A stretch of DNA of 64,000 bases from an uncultured Bacteroidales bacterium. GTDB lineage: Bacteria > Bacteroidota > Bacteroidia > Bacteroidales > UBA932. Positions 45,568-54,270 of the stretch are shown piece after piece (the stretch's first letter is position 1; each line of letters starts with the position of its first letter). Location: positions 22,388 to 86,387 of the forward strand of contig CALUPK010000003.1 of NCBI GenBank assembly GCA_944322575.1. The letters are read 5' to 3'. A program made the position numbers and the translations under genes. The notes beneath the pieces are model-generated. The model was not told the origin of the DNA and made no database searches. It was given only the letters and a program-made list of their open reading frames with translations.

Positions 45568-46437
45568 ATGATTAATCATTTTCTGGCACTGCTTACAGTT
45601 ACAATTTGGGGAGCGACCTTTGTATCGACAAAGATACTTATAAACAATGATCTGTCTCCTAATGAGATATTCTTCTACCGGTTTCTAATAGCCTATGCCG
45701 GAATATGGATAGTGTCTCGGAAGAAGCTTTTTGCCGACAATTGGAAAGATGAGCTGCTGATGGCCTGTGCCGGTCTGTTCGGCGGTTCTCTGTATTTTCT
45801 TACGGAGAACAGCGCCTTGGGTATCACCCAAGCTTCTAATGTCGCCTTTCTGCTGTGCGGTACACCTATTCTGACAACCGTCCTTGTTAAACTGTTCTAC
45901 CGTGAGGAGAAGATAGGGCGGATGGTTTATTATGGGTCCGTCATTGCATTGGCGGGTGTGGCATTAGTGGTTTTTGACGGGGCTACAAGCCTGAAGATAT
46001 CCCCTTTGGGAGACCTTCTGACCCTTGCTGCGGCACTGTCATGGGGATTCTACAGTATTGTCATACGGAAATTGGAGAGCAGATACGATACAGTGATGAT
46101 TTCGCGCAAGGTGTTTTTCTACGGACTTGTTACGATTCTTCCTACTTTTCTATACAATCCTCCTCACCTGCGCCTGCTGTTCTCGGCTGATGCGGCAGTA
46201 TGGTTCAATCTGATTTTCCTTGCGGTTATGGCTTCTCTTGTCTGTTTTGTGCTGTGGAATATGGTGGTCAAGCATTTAGGTGTGGTCAAGTCTTCCAACT
46301 ACCTGTATCTTAATCCGGTAATCACCTGCATTACATCCGCGATAGTATTAGGGGAAAAAATAACCCCCGTCGCAGTGACAGGGGCTCTATGCATTATGGC
46401 TGGAGTGTGGCTGGCTACTCGGCCTCGGAAACAGTAG
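45568..46437 (+). CDS. DMT/EamA-family transporter
   Basis: About 289 aa from ATG 45568. WGATFVSTK N-terminal EamA motif. Two hydrophobic repeats. Confidence 0.85.
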   Translation: MINHFLALLTVTIWGATFVSTKILINNDLSPNEIFFYRFLIAYAGIWIVSRKKLFADNWKDELLMACAGLFGGSLYFLTENSALGITQASNVAFLLCGTPILTTVLVKLFYREEKIGRMVYYGSVIALAGVALVVFDGATSLKISPLGDLLTLAAALSWGFYSIVIRKLESRYDTVMISRKVFFYGLVTILPTFLYNPPHLRLLFSADAAVWFNLIFLAVMASLVCFVLWNMVVKHLGVVKSSNYLYLNPVITCITSAIVLGEKITPVAVTGALCIMAGVWLATRPRKQ

Positions 46438-47350
46438 GTGCGGCCTCGCGTTTCTTCTGCATGCGGGCTGCCGTGAGCTCAAGTACCAGTACCAATGCCA
46501 CTCCTATGAGGGCAAAGGTTACGGCAAGTCCGATATGGCCCGAGAAAAGAGGCTCGAGGTCCGGCTGGAACGGCATGACCGGTCTGGACACTTCTCCTAT
46601 CTGGAGCTGCCAGGGCCATACCTTTACAAGTGAGCCTATCATGATGCCGGCCAAAGCCGAAATAGTGGTTACGTGGTACTTTTTGAGCAGCCATGAAAGG
46701 AAGTGCGAGAATGAGACGATGCCGATGGCGGCTCCGGCAACAAATGTGATAATCAATACGATGTTCAAGTCAGTCAGAGCTTTCAGCATATATTCGTATT
46801 TGCCGAGAAGCAGAAGGATAAAGCTGCCTGAGATACCGGGAAGAATCATGGCACAGATGGCGATGGCTCCGCATAAGAATATGAACCATAGGTGATTGGG
46901 CGTCTCTGTAGGGGATACTAAGCAGATGGCGGCTCCGGCTCCGATACCGAGCAGGAGGGCGATGACGTTCTTTATCTTGGTCAGGTCGATGTCTTTGAGG
47001 ATGAGTATCGCAGAGGCGATGATGAGCCCGAAGAAGAATGACCAGAGTGGAATCGGTTCATTGGCCATGAGATACTGCATGAGTTTGGCGAGGGAGAAGA
47101 AGCTGATGGCTATTCCGAGTATCAGGGAGATCAGGAAGGTTCCGTTGATGTGTTTCCAGAATTGCCTGATCTTGCCGGTGAAGAGCAGTTTGAAGGCCTG
47201 TGTGTTTACGGATTTGATAGAGTTGAGCAGTTCCTCGTAGATGCCGGTGAGGAAGGCGATGGTGCCGCCGGATACTCCTGGAATTACATCGGCTGCACCC
47301 ATGCCGATTCCCTTAAGGGTAATCAGTGCGTAGGAAGAAAATGTTCTCAT
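46415..47350 (-). CDS. DUF368-family membrane protein
   Basis: 311 aa. GMGAADVIPGVSGGTIAF and ILPGISGSFILLLLG are the duplicated DUF368 signature. Confidence 0.85.
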   Translation of the reverse strand: MRTFSSYALITLKGIGMGAADVIPGVSGGTIAFLTGIYEELLNSIKSVNTQAFKLLFTGKIRQFWKHINGTFLISLILGIAISFFSLAKLMQYLMANEPIPLWSFFFGLIIASAILILKDIDLTKIKNVIALLLGIGAGAAICLVSPTETPNHLWFIFLCGAIAICAMILPGISGSFILLLLGKYEYMLKALTDLNIVLIITFVAGAAIGIVSFSHFLSWLLKKYHVTTISALAGIMIGSLVKVWPWQLQIGEVSRPVMPFQPDLEPLFSGHIGLAVTFALIGVALVLVLELTAARMQKKREAAPTVSEAE

Positions 47351-47907
47351 TTCTTGTTGTCTGTGTGTATTGTTGTAAGATATGTTAAAATGCTCTTAAT
47401 TAGTTGATCCGGTGTTCCGTTTCCGTTTTCTCCGACTGAGACAGTCATATCGTATGGTGAGGGAGAAGGGGTGGTTATGCCGATTCTCAGTGATGCATTT
47501 GCCCGGGACAGGATATAATCTGCAGCGAATATTCTTTTTCCTGCAGTCAGGTCGATAAGGATGTCGAAATGATCCAGAATGAATTCCGAGACTATTTTTT
47601 CGTCCGGCAGGCCGTACCAGTTGAGGTTGTCCTTGTGTATTATCGCCATGAAGGGTGTGGAGAGAAACTCTGGCTCACCCTCGGGCTCTCTTCTCAGGTC
47701 TATGCAGATACCGCAGTAGTCTATTTTACGTTTCTGCAGATCCTGTTTGAGAATGCCGACAGCTTGTGCGGAGCCAGGGTTGTCGGCATTGACGATAAAG
47801 CCTACTTTATGGGCATCTGAAAGGGATACGTATTTCCCTTGGTGGGGATTAACCACCTTTCTCAGAGCCTTGCGCTGCATTATCCGTGTCAGAAACCAAT
47901 TAATCAT
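47347..47907 (-). CDS. hypothetical protein (conserved neighbour of DUF368 genes in Bacteroidota, from memory)
   Basis: 186 aa. Its stop overlaps the DUF368 start (ATGA). No motif I can name with confidence. Confidence 0.55.
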   Translation of the reverse strand: MINWFLTRIMQRKALRKVVNPHQGKYVSLSDAHKVGFIVNADNPGSAQAVGILKQDLQKRKIDYCGICIDLRREPEGEPEFLSTPFMAIIHKDNLNWYGLPDEKIVSEFILDHFDILIDLTAGKRIFAADYILSRANASLRIGITTPSPSPYDMTVSVGENGNGTPDQLIKSILTYLTTIHTDNKK

Positions 47908-47940
47908 CCGCCAAAGATAGCAATAAAGATTAAAAAGTTA

Positions 47941-47948
47941 TATTTTTG
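47941..47948 (+). promoter_or_regulatory. candidate -7 promoter box (TATTTTTG) for hydF
   Basis: Exact TAnnTTTG match 27 nt upstream of ATG 47975. Confidence 0.4.
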
Positions 47949-47974
47949 CCTGCTCTTAAGGACAAATTTATTGT

Positions 47975-49183
47975 ATGAATACTGTCAGTATCGGAATATT
48001 CGGAAGGAGGAATGTGGGAAAGTCCTCCTTGATAAATTTCATTGCAGGCCAGGATGTTGCTATTGTCTCGGAGAATCCGGGGACTACTACGGATCCAGTG
48101 CGTAAGAGAATCGAGATATTCGGTCTGGGCCCTTGTGTATTGATAGATACCGCAGGTATTGACGATGATGGCGAGCTCGGCAGGAAAAGAGTGGCCAAGA
48201 CAGAGGAAGTGGTACCGCAGATAGATGTAGCGGTGCTGATGTTCAGTAGAGATGATTTCGGCGCCCCTGAGGAGGATATGATGTCACTGTTGCGCCGTTA
48301 TGATCTGCCTGTGGTATTGGTGCACGGCAAGTCTGACGTGAGCCGTACAGGGGACGTCTTGCTTCAGGACATCCGGAACAGGTATGGCATGCGGCCGTTG
48401 GAGTTTTCGGCTCTTGAGTCTGAGGACGGGCGCGGAGTGATGCTTGACGCCCTGCTGGACTCTATAAAGGCCAATGCCGTTTCAGCAGCAGAACGTTTCA
48501 GCGAGAAACCTATGTTCGACGGTATAGTCAGTGCAGGTCAGCATGTTCTGCTGGTATGCCCGATCGATAGTGAGGCTCCCACGGGGAGATTGATACTTCC
48601 TCAGGTCAATGCCATCCGCAGTCTTCTTGACATCGGAGCAGCTGCTACTGTTATCCAGCCCTGTGGTCTCGGACAGGTATTCAGTAAGGAAGATCATGGA
48701 ATAGATTTAGTAGTCACTGACAGTCAGGCTTTTGCTGAAGTGGCAGCAGGTATTCCGTCTCAGATGCCTATGACCAGTTTCAGTATGCTTTTAGCGAGGA
48801 GCAAGGGGTGCTTTAAAGAATATTGTGCCGGGACTCCGATGATAGACCGTCTTAAGGATGGGGACAGGGTGCTGATTCTCGAATCGTGCTCTCACCACGC
48901 CTCATGTGATGACATAGGCCGTGTCAAGATACCTGCCATGATGCGCAACCGTACGGGGAAGGCTTTGACATTCGATGTTGTGGGCGGTCTGGACAGGATA
49001 GGACGGCCGATGTCCGATTATGCCTTGGTGCTGCAGTGCGGTGGCTGTATGATTACCCGCCGTCAGCTGTACTCAAGACTGTTGCCTGCGATAGAGAGCG
49101 GTGTACCTGTGACCAATTACGGCATGGCTATCTCTTTCATGAAAGGAATATACGAAAGGGCGCTAAAGCCTCTTGTCAAGTGA
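47975..49183 (+). CDS. hydF: [FeFe]-hydrogenase H-cluster maturation GTPase HydF
   Basis: G1 GRRNVGKSSLIN, G3 DTAG. C-terminal cluster-binding motif ESCSHHASCDDIGRVKIP ... QCGGC. Confidence 0.9.
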   Translation: MNTVSIGIFGRRNVGKSSLINFIAGQDVAIVSENPGTTTDPVRKRIEIFGLGPCVLIDTAGIDDDGELGRKRVAKTEEVVPQIDVAVLMFSRDDFGAPEEDMMSLLRRYDLPVVLVHGKSDVSRTGDVLLQDIRNRYGMRPLEFSALESEDGRGVMLDALLDSIKANAVSAAERFSEKPMFDGIVSAGQHVLLVCPIDSEAPTGRLILPQVNAIRSLLDIGAAATVIQPCGLGQVFSKEDHGIDLVVTDSQAFAEVAAGIPSQMPMTSFSMLLARSKGCFKEYCAGTPMIDRLKDGDRVLILESCSHHASCDDIGRVKIPAMMRNRTGKALTFDVVGGLDRIGRPMSDYALVLQCGGCMITRRQLYSRLLPAIESGVPVTNYGMAISFMKGIYERALKPLVK

Positions 49184-49184
49184 T

Positions 49185-50228
49185 ATGAAACTCGACCGTG
49201 AATCGCTGATCAGTTGGCTCGAAGAGAGAAATCCGGAGCGTATAGAACATCTCTATGCCGAGGCTTATCGAACAAAGGTTTCTGCCGTTGGGGACAAAGT
49301 GTATCTGCGCGGCTTGGTGGAGATTTCCAATATCTGCCGAAAGAACTGCCTGTATTGCGGTATCCGACGCGATAACTCTGCAACCGTACGTTACGAGATA
49401 TCGTCCGACGACGTACTCCGCTCTGCTGATTTTGCATATCATGCAGGTTATGCTTCGATGGTGATACAAGGAGGTGAGCGGACTGACAGAAAATTTATCG
49501 ACAAGATAACAGGGCTGCTTAAAGAAATCAAGAGGCGCTGGCCTCTCGGGATAACTCTTTCTTTAGGAGAGCAGCCTATAGAAGTGTACAGGGAGTGGTT
49601 TGAGGCTGGGGCTCACAGATATCTGCTTCGGATAGAGAGTTCTACAGAAGAACTTTACCGGAAGATTCATCCTGAGGATGATGTACACAGCTACGAAACA
49701 CGTGTGCAAGCGCTTAAAGACCTGCGTGCTGCTGGATATCAGGTGGGTACAGGGGTTATGATAGGCCTTCCGTTTCAGACAGCGGCTCACTTGGCCGATG
49801 ACCTGCTGTTCTTCAAGGCTATGGATATCGATATGTGTGGCATGGGGCCGTATTTGGAACATTCGGAGACTCCGCTGTATGTCTGGCGCCATCTGATTCC
49901 GGATCAGAGAGAACGGCTTGAAATGTCTGTCAGGATGGTGGCTTTGCTGCGTCTGCTGATGCCTGATATCAATATCGCAGCTACGACAGCCATGCAGGCC
50001 ATAGATCCTTATGGCCGCGAGCGGGCAATACTGGCAGGAGCCAATGTCCTGATGCCCAATCTGACCCTTTCCGAGGTGCGTGAGGAGTACCAGATATACC
50101 AGAATAAGCCGGGAATAGGAGAGGATGCTGCTATATCATCGTCAAAAACTGAACAGAGGCTTTCTGAAATGAAAATCCCCATCGGCTGGGGCCAATGGGG
50201 AGATTCCAAACACTACAGCAAGCGTTAG
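49185..50228 (+). CDS. hydE: [FeFe]-hydrogenase H-cluster radical-SAM maturase HydE
   Basis: Radical-SAM CRKNCLYCGIRR. BioB-like layout. Start at ATG 49185, 1 nt after the hydF stop (the track start at 49173 is a TTG inside hydF). Confidence 0.9.
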   Translation: MKLDRESLISWLEERNPERIEHLYAEAYRTKVSAVGDKVYLRGLVEISNICRKNCLYCGIRRDNSATVRYEISSDDVLRSADFAYHAGYASMVIQGGERTDRKFIDKITGLLKEIKRRWPLGITLSLGEQPIEVYREWFEAGAHRYLLRIESSTEELYRKIHPEDDVHSYETRVQALKDLRAAGYQVGTGVMIGLPFQTAAHLADDLLFFKAMDIDMCGMGPYLEHSETPLYVWRHLIPDQRERLEMSVRMVALLRLLMPDINIAATTAMQAIDPYGRERAILAGANVLMPNLTLSEVREEYQIYQNKPGIGEDAAISSSKTEQRLSEMKIPIGWGQWGDSKHYSKR

Positions 50229-50234
50229 GGCTTT

Positions 50235-52154
50235 TTATCTTTCCGACATATAGATCTCGGCCACCTCTTGGTCAGACAGGGCCTTGGAACTGTATATCCT
50301 GAGATTGTCGAAGTTGGTGTCGATGGCATTGTCATCGGATTCGCTGGCTCCTCCGAGTAGGAATTTGGTGCAGGCACGGTTGGTAAATCCGTAAAGTTTT
50401 ATCGAGTCGACAAGCACGCCGTCAATGTAAAGGGAGCCTATTACGTTATTGCCTTCTGAGCGGATTACTACAGCTATAAAATGCCAGTTGTAGTCGAGCT
50501 GGGGATGGGTGAAAGCCGAGCCGGTGTAGTTCGAGCTGTTGTAGATGAAGAATTTCCCGTCCTTTATTGTGAGCTTGGGCTGATTGTATCGGCTGTCACC
50601 GCAGGCCATGGACCATACATGTCCGTCGGAGAAGCCTTTCATCCAGAATGTAACGCTGAAGTTCTTGTTGGGATAGGAGATCAGAGTCTTTGGAAATGAG
50701 ATCTGACTGCCGTCTACCGAACTTAGAGAGATAGCCTGGGTGCCGTCCGCACCAGTGGTGTACTGCGGATTGTTGACAGGATTTCCTATGATGGCAGATA
50801 CTTCGCTGCGGGTGTTGCCGTTAAACCGGAAGTAGGCGGCCAGCCCGTTGCGGACAGTGTTCAGCGGATCGGGGCCCTGTGCATTGGGAGTCTGTGCTGT
50901 CTGGTCAGCCGGAACTGTGTTTTGGGCCGGAGCAGGTGTTTGGGACTGTGCGGTTGCCGACGGGTCTGGAGAAAGACTGATGTCAGCTCTGGTGGTGGCT
51001 CCGGAAGTGACCTGTACGGCTATCTCAGAGGAGAGATATCCTTTCTTCATCGCCTGAACCGAATAATTTCCGGATGCTATGTCATTGAAAACGTAGAGAC
51101 CGTTGCGTCCGGTCGTTACGGTTTTGCCTCCTGGAATGAGAGTGAGTCTGGCGTATTGCAGGGGCTGTCCGGCAGCGTCGGAGACTATTCCGGTCAGGGA
51201 GATGTCCACATTGTTCTTAAAATAAATAGTCTCGCTGATGTATTTGTTTCCAGCCCTGAAGCGGACTTCTATGGAGTTATGGTCATCTTCGTAGCAGTAT
51301 TCATCGTTGTATTTGATGATTAGCGAGTTCCCTTCATAGGAGGAGGATATCTGCGAAGCGCAGTTGGACTTTATCTGAGGCCTCTGGCTGGTGGAGATGC
51401 TGCGTCCGGCGAGGGACAGGTTGACAACTACCATCCCTTTTTTCTCCTGGAACCAGTCTACTGTAATCTGGTCATAAAGCTGACGGTACTGGTTGGAAAG
51501 GCTCTGGACCTGATCATATCTGGGGTCCTGGATATCGAATTCGGAGAGAAAAGCCCTGAGCTCATTGAGAGTCTCGCCGATCTGCTCAATAGAAGAAACG
51601 AAGTCAATATCGCTCCTGAACTGTTCCAGTTTCTCGTTCAGGCTTCTGTCATGGCTCTGATATTCAAGTACGAGCTCCTTCATCTCAAACTCGCTGAAAG
51701 GGTATTTTACAGCGTAGAAGTACTCGTATCTTCCGGATGATTTGTAGTATCTTTTTTCCCAATAGTAGTCAGCAGCTTTGGATAGAGATATCTCACCGAT
51801 AAAAGGGAGTTTGGCAGTTCTGGAGAGGATAGAGGACTCTATACTCTGGGTTCTGCTGAAACTGTCACCTGTCTGTAACGCAGATGTGCTGAGTGAGGAT
51901 TCGGATACTATTCTTGTGGCAATACTTTGTGCAATTTGTTTTTTTACATTTTCTATAACGGCCGCTTTTGCCGCTTCTATATCTCCGGCGACAGCAGTGA
52001 CATTAAGGAAGTCTTTCTCGACGGCATTGACCCATTCGGGCACCCTTTTGGCACTGGACTCCTCTACTTTGTATGCGTTTTTCTGGGCAAAGGCCGGGAC
52101 AGTCACGGATGCTGCCAGAACCAGTGCGGATAGAATGACTTTAAATGTTCTCAT
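50235..52154 (-). CDS. exported multidomain protein: LPP20-like N-terminal region + CarboxypepD_reg-like domain + C-terminal LamG-like domain
   Basis: 639 aa. Signal peptide. KRVPEWV motif paralogous to gene 53629-54108. ISLTGIVSDAAGQPLQYARLTLIPGGKTVTTGRNGLYVFNDIASGNYSV (carboxypeptidase-regulatory-like). C-terminal LAAYFRFNGN...FSVTFWMK...WHFIAVV...LYIDGVLV...FDNLRIYSSKALSDQEV (Laminin_G_3 pattern). Confidence 0.75.
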   Translation of the reverse strand: MRTFKVILSALVLAASVTVPAFAQKNAYKVEESSAKRVPEWVNAVEKDFLNVTAVAGDIEAAKAAVIENVKKQIAQSIATRIVSESSLSTSALQTGDSFSRTQSIESSILSRTAKLPFIGEISLSKAADYYWEKRYYKSSGRYEYFYAVKYPFSEFEMKELVLEYQSHDRSLNEKLEQFRSDIDFVSSIEQIGETLNELRAFLSEFDIQDPRYDQVQSLSNQYRQLYDQITVDWFQEKKGMVVVNLSLAGRSISTSQRPQIKSNCASQISSSYEGNSLIIKYNDEYCYEDDHNSIEVRFRAGNKYISETIYFKNNVDISLTGIVSDAAGQPLQYARLTLIPGGKTVTTGRNGLYVFNDIASGNYSVQAMKKGYLSSEIAVQVTSGATTRADISLSPDPSATAQSQTPAPAQNTVPADQTAQTPNAQGPDPLNTVRNGLAAYFRFNGNTRSEVSAIIGNPVNNPQYTTGADGTQAISLSSVDGSQISFPKTLISYPNKNFSVTFWMKGFSDGHVWSMACGDSRYNQPKLTIKDGKFFIYNSSNYTGSAFTHPQLDYNWHFIAVVIRSEGNNVIGSLYIDGVLVDSIKLYGFTNRACTKFLLGGASESDDNAIDTNFDNLRIYSSKALSDQEVAEIYMSER

Positions 52155-52166
52155 AGCTGTTGAAGT

Positions 52167-52622
52167 TTAGTAAATATGTTCGTCAAAATAATCTTTGGCC
52201 TGGTTGATGAGGTTGCGGAGTTTAGGGTCTCTCGCTTTTACTTTCTTGACAGCATCCATAAATGATCCTTTGTCACTGTCTGCGATACCCTTGACAGTGA
52301 ATGATGTCTGGCTCATGACATCTCCGGAAGTTGTATCGGTTATGAAAAGTGATATCTCAAGTTCGGTGACGAACATTGCCGGAGCAGTATTGGTTACGTC
52401 CTTTGAAAGTACGGCAGCCTTGGATTTCAGGACAAAACGGCTGGCATCAGCTGCGGCATCATTGAGGACAAGGGCCTGTTTGAGGTTTGAAGTCAATGTG
52501 GCAGCGGCATTATCATGCTCAATCCCCTCAGGGACAGCGACACTTACAGTTAGTCTGTCCTGAGCTGAGAGAGACAGAATAGCAGCAAAAGCTATGGTTA
52601 TGGCTGTGATGAATCTTTTCAT
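52167..52622 (-). CDS. small exported protein, unknown function
   Basis: 151 aa. Signal peptide MKRFITAITIAFAAILSLSAQ. No recognisable motif. Confidence 0.68.
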   Translation of the reverse strand: MKRFITAITIAFAAILSLSAQDRLTVSVAVPEGIEHDNAAATLTSNLKQALVLNDAAADASRFVLKSKAAVLSKDVTNTAPAMFVTELEISLFITDTTSGDVMSQTSFTVKGIADSDKGSFMDAVKKVKARDPKLRNLINQAKDYFDEHIY

Positions 52623-52645
52623 AATGGGTATGTTCTTGTTATATG

Positions 52646-53614
52646 TCAGTCTCCCAATACAATCCAGACACTCCCAAGTCCCCGCTCGTTAAGTTTGTAG
52701 GGCAGATTGAAAGGCTCTTTGTTCAGGAAGCGGGCCAGATCCATGGCGAAGGAACGGGTGTCTATGGCCCTCTCCTTACCGAGGACGGTCTTGTACAGCG
52801 GAATGCGTACCTGTTCGTAGTCTACGTAGTAGTCTCCGCCGGAAGCTCTTGAAAACCTGTGATTGACAGTGTTCTCATCCATCCAGTAGTCCAAGACGTC
52901 CGATAGCAGTACGACTTCTCCGAGGAACTCCACCTCATCGTTCATGGTCAGGGGGCAGTTCTCAGTCATCCGAATCGAGACGGTAACTTCGCGTCCGTTG
53001 GTGAACATGTCGTCGAAGTGGGCCTGAAGGGCAGCATTGAAGGGGTCCATATAATTCAGGACAGCTTCCTCGAGCAGGACTCCTACTGTCGCAGCTGTGG
53101 ACGGGCTGCCGTCACCGGAAGCGGCAGAAATTACTTTGTTTGTGTAGGCATCGACTCCGCGCAGGTTGAAAGAGATGTACTTTTGCGGACCTCTGGTCTT
53201 GATGTCGAAATCGAGATCCAATATGATGTCGGCCTTGGCTGTACGTTTGATCTTGTCAAGTGGAGACTCATAGATCATGCCTCCGCCGGAACCGGAAAAG
53301 AGGGCTGCCTCGGCCTGCTGGGTCTCCATGCTCTTGAGGGTCTGCTCAAGGTCTTTCAGAGGGAATCCTCTTTGGGCCATGATGCTTGAAAGCTCCGATA
53401 TGGCAAGCCTGAGATTCTCATCGCTGATGAAAGCCTTGTTGTAATCGGCAGTAGTCTGAGTGTTTCCATTGCCGTCCTGATAGGTGCTTACGTATCCTGC
53501 TCTTGTGCAGTAGGCGTCACTTGGAATGACCATTATTATAGGTTTCTTTGCCTGAGAGAAGAGAGCCGTGGATGCAAGCAGGAGGGCAGATATGACAGTA
53601 AAAGTTTTTTTCAT
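52646..53614 (-). CDS. exported protein, DUF6175-like
   Basis: 322 aa. Signal peptide. KKPIIMVIPSDAYC start of the mature chain resembles what I recall of the Bacteroidota DUF6175 family. Confidence 0.68.
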   Translation of the reverse strand: MKKTFTVISALLLASTALFSQAKKPIIMVIPSDAYCTRAGYVSTYQDGNGNTQTTADYNKAFISDENLRLAISELSSIMAQRGFPLKDLEQTLKSMETQQAEAALFSGSGGGMIYESPLDKIKRTAKADIILDLDFDIKTRGPQKYISFNLRGVDAYTNKVISAASGDGSPSTAATVGVLLEEAVLNYMDPFNAALQAHFDDMFTNGREVTVSIRMTENCPLTMNDEVEFLGEVVLLSDVLDYWMDENTVNHRFSRASGGDYYVDYEQVRIPLYKTVLGKERAIDTRSFAMDLARFLNKEPFNLPYKLNERGLGSVWIVLGD

Positions 53615-53628
53615 ACCGGTATGATTCT

Positions 53629-54108
53629 CTATTGGAATAATTCTTTGTTCTTTTCCTGAAAATTGTCCATGTTGATGTCTATCGCTACTTTTTTCTTCTC
53701 AGCATCGTTGAAGTTGTAGAGGATGTAGTAGGAATAGACGTCTTTCTTCTTTACCAAGCGGTGTTCCCAGTATACCTGCAATGCTGTGGATTCGGAGATG
53801 TTCTTGACATAGAGAGAGTTCTCTACTTCCTGCTTTACCTTTTCCACTTCTGCGCCTTCAACATGAGTGCGCATGAGATAAGTGGTGACGGCATTGACAA
53901 CAAAGTTGTGCAGTTCTTCGAAAGCCAGATCCCTGGCGTCTTCGAGACTTACTGTGCTCTGCTGGCAGACTTTCATTATCTCATAACGGTCTACATCTCT
54001 TTTAATCCATGCAGGACGTTTGTCTTCACTACTTTCAATAAGTTTGCCCTGTCCGAATGCAGATATTGCGAGCAGGCTCATGAGGGAGATTAACAGAAAT
54101 CGTTTCAT
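53629..54108 (-). CDS. small exported LPP20-like protein
   Basis: 159 aa. Signal peptide MKRFLLISLMSLLAISAFGQ. KRPAWIKRD...LEDARDLAFEEL parallels the N-terminus of the 639-aa protein. Confidence 0.68.
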   Translation of the reverse strand: MKRFLLISLMSLLAISAFGQGKLIESSEDKRPAWIKRDVDRYEIMKVCQQSTVSLEDARDLAFEELHNFVVNAVTTYLMRTHVEGAEVEKVKQEVENSLYVKNISESTALQVYWEHRLVKKKDVYSYYILYNFNDAEKKKVAIDINMDNFQEKNKELFQ

Positions 54109-54140
54109 GTAAAATAAAATTTAGGATTTACAATGTTCTA

Positions 54141-54148
54141 CAAAAATA
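54141..54148 (-). promoter_or_regulatory. candidate -7 promoter box (TATTTTTG on minus strand) for the four-gene exported-protein operon
   Basis: Exact TAnnTTTG match 33 nt upstream of ATG 54108 and downstream of the ppdK terminator. Confidence 0.4.
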
Positions 54149-54204
54149 CGAAAAAATATGAACATCTGTGTATGTTGTGACATTAAATCATACAGATTCT
54201 GATA

Positions 54205-54244
54205 TAAAAAAGGCTGTGCCCGGAATACGTTTCCCGGCACAGCC
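54205..54244 (-). terminator. intrinsic terminator of ppdK
   Basis: On the minus strand, GGCTGTGCC-ggg/aaacgtatt/ccg-GGCACAGCC is followed by TTTTTTATATC. It lies 27 nt after the ppdK stop. Confidence 0.78.
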
Positions 54245-54270
54245 CCATAATATACATCGTAAGATACTTC

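Noticed and set aside
34000-54100. An apparent drop in GC content relative to the flanks (by eye), which could indicate a genomic island.
   Set aside because: I cannot compute the composition here. The stretch contains core genes (mtaB, folB, tamB, hydEF) and no mobility genes. The higher-GC flanks are highly expressed or large enzymes (ppdK, purL), so codon-usage effects are a sufficient explanation.
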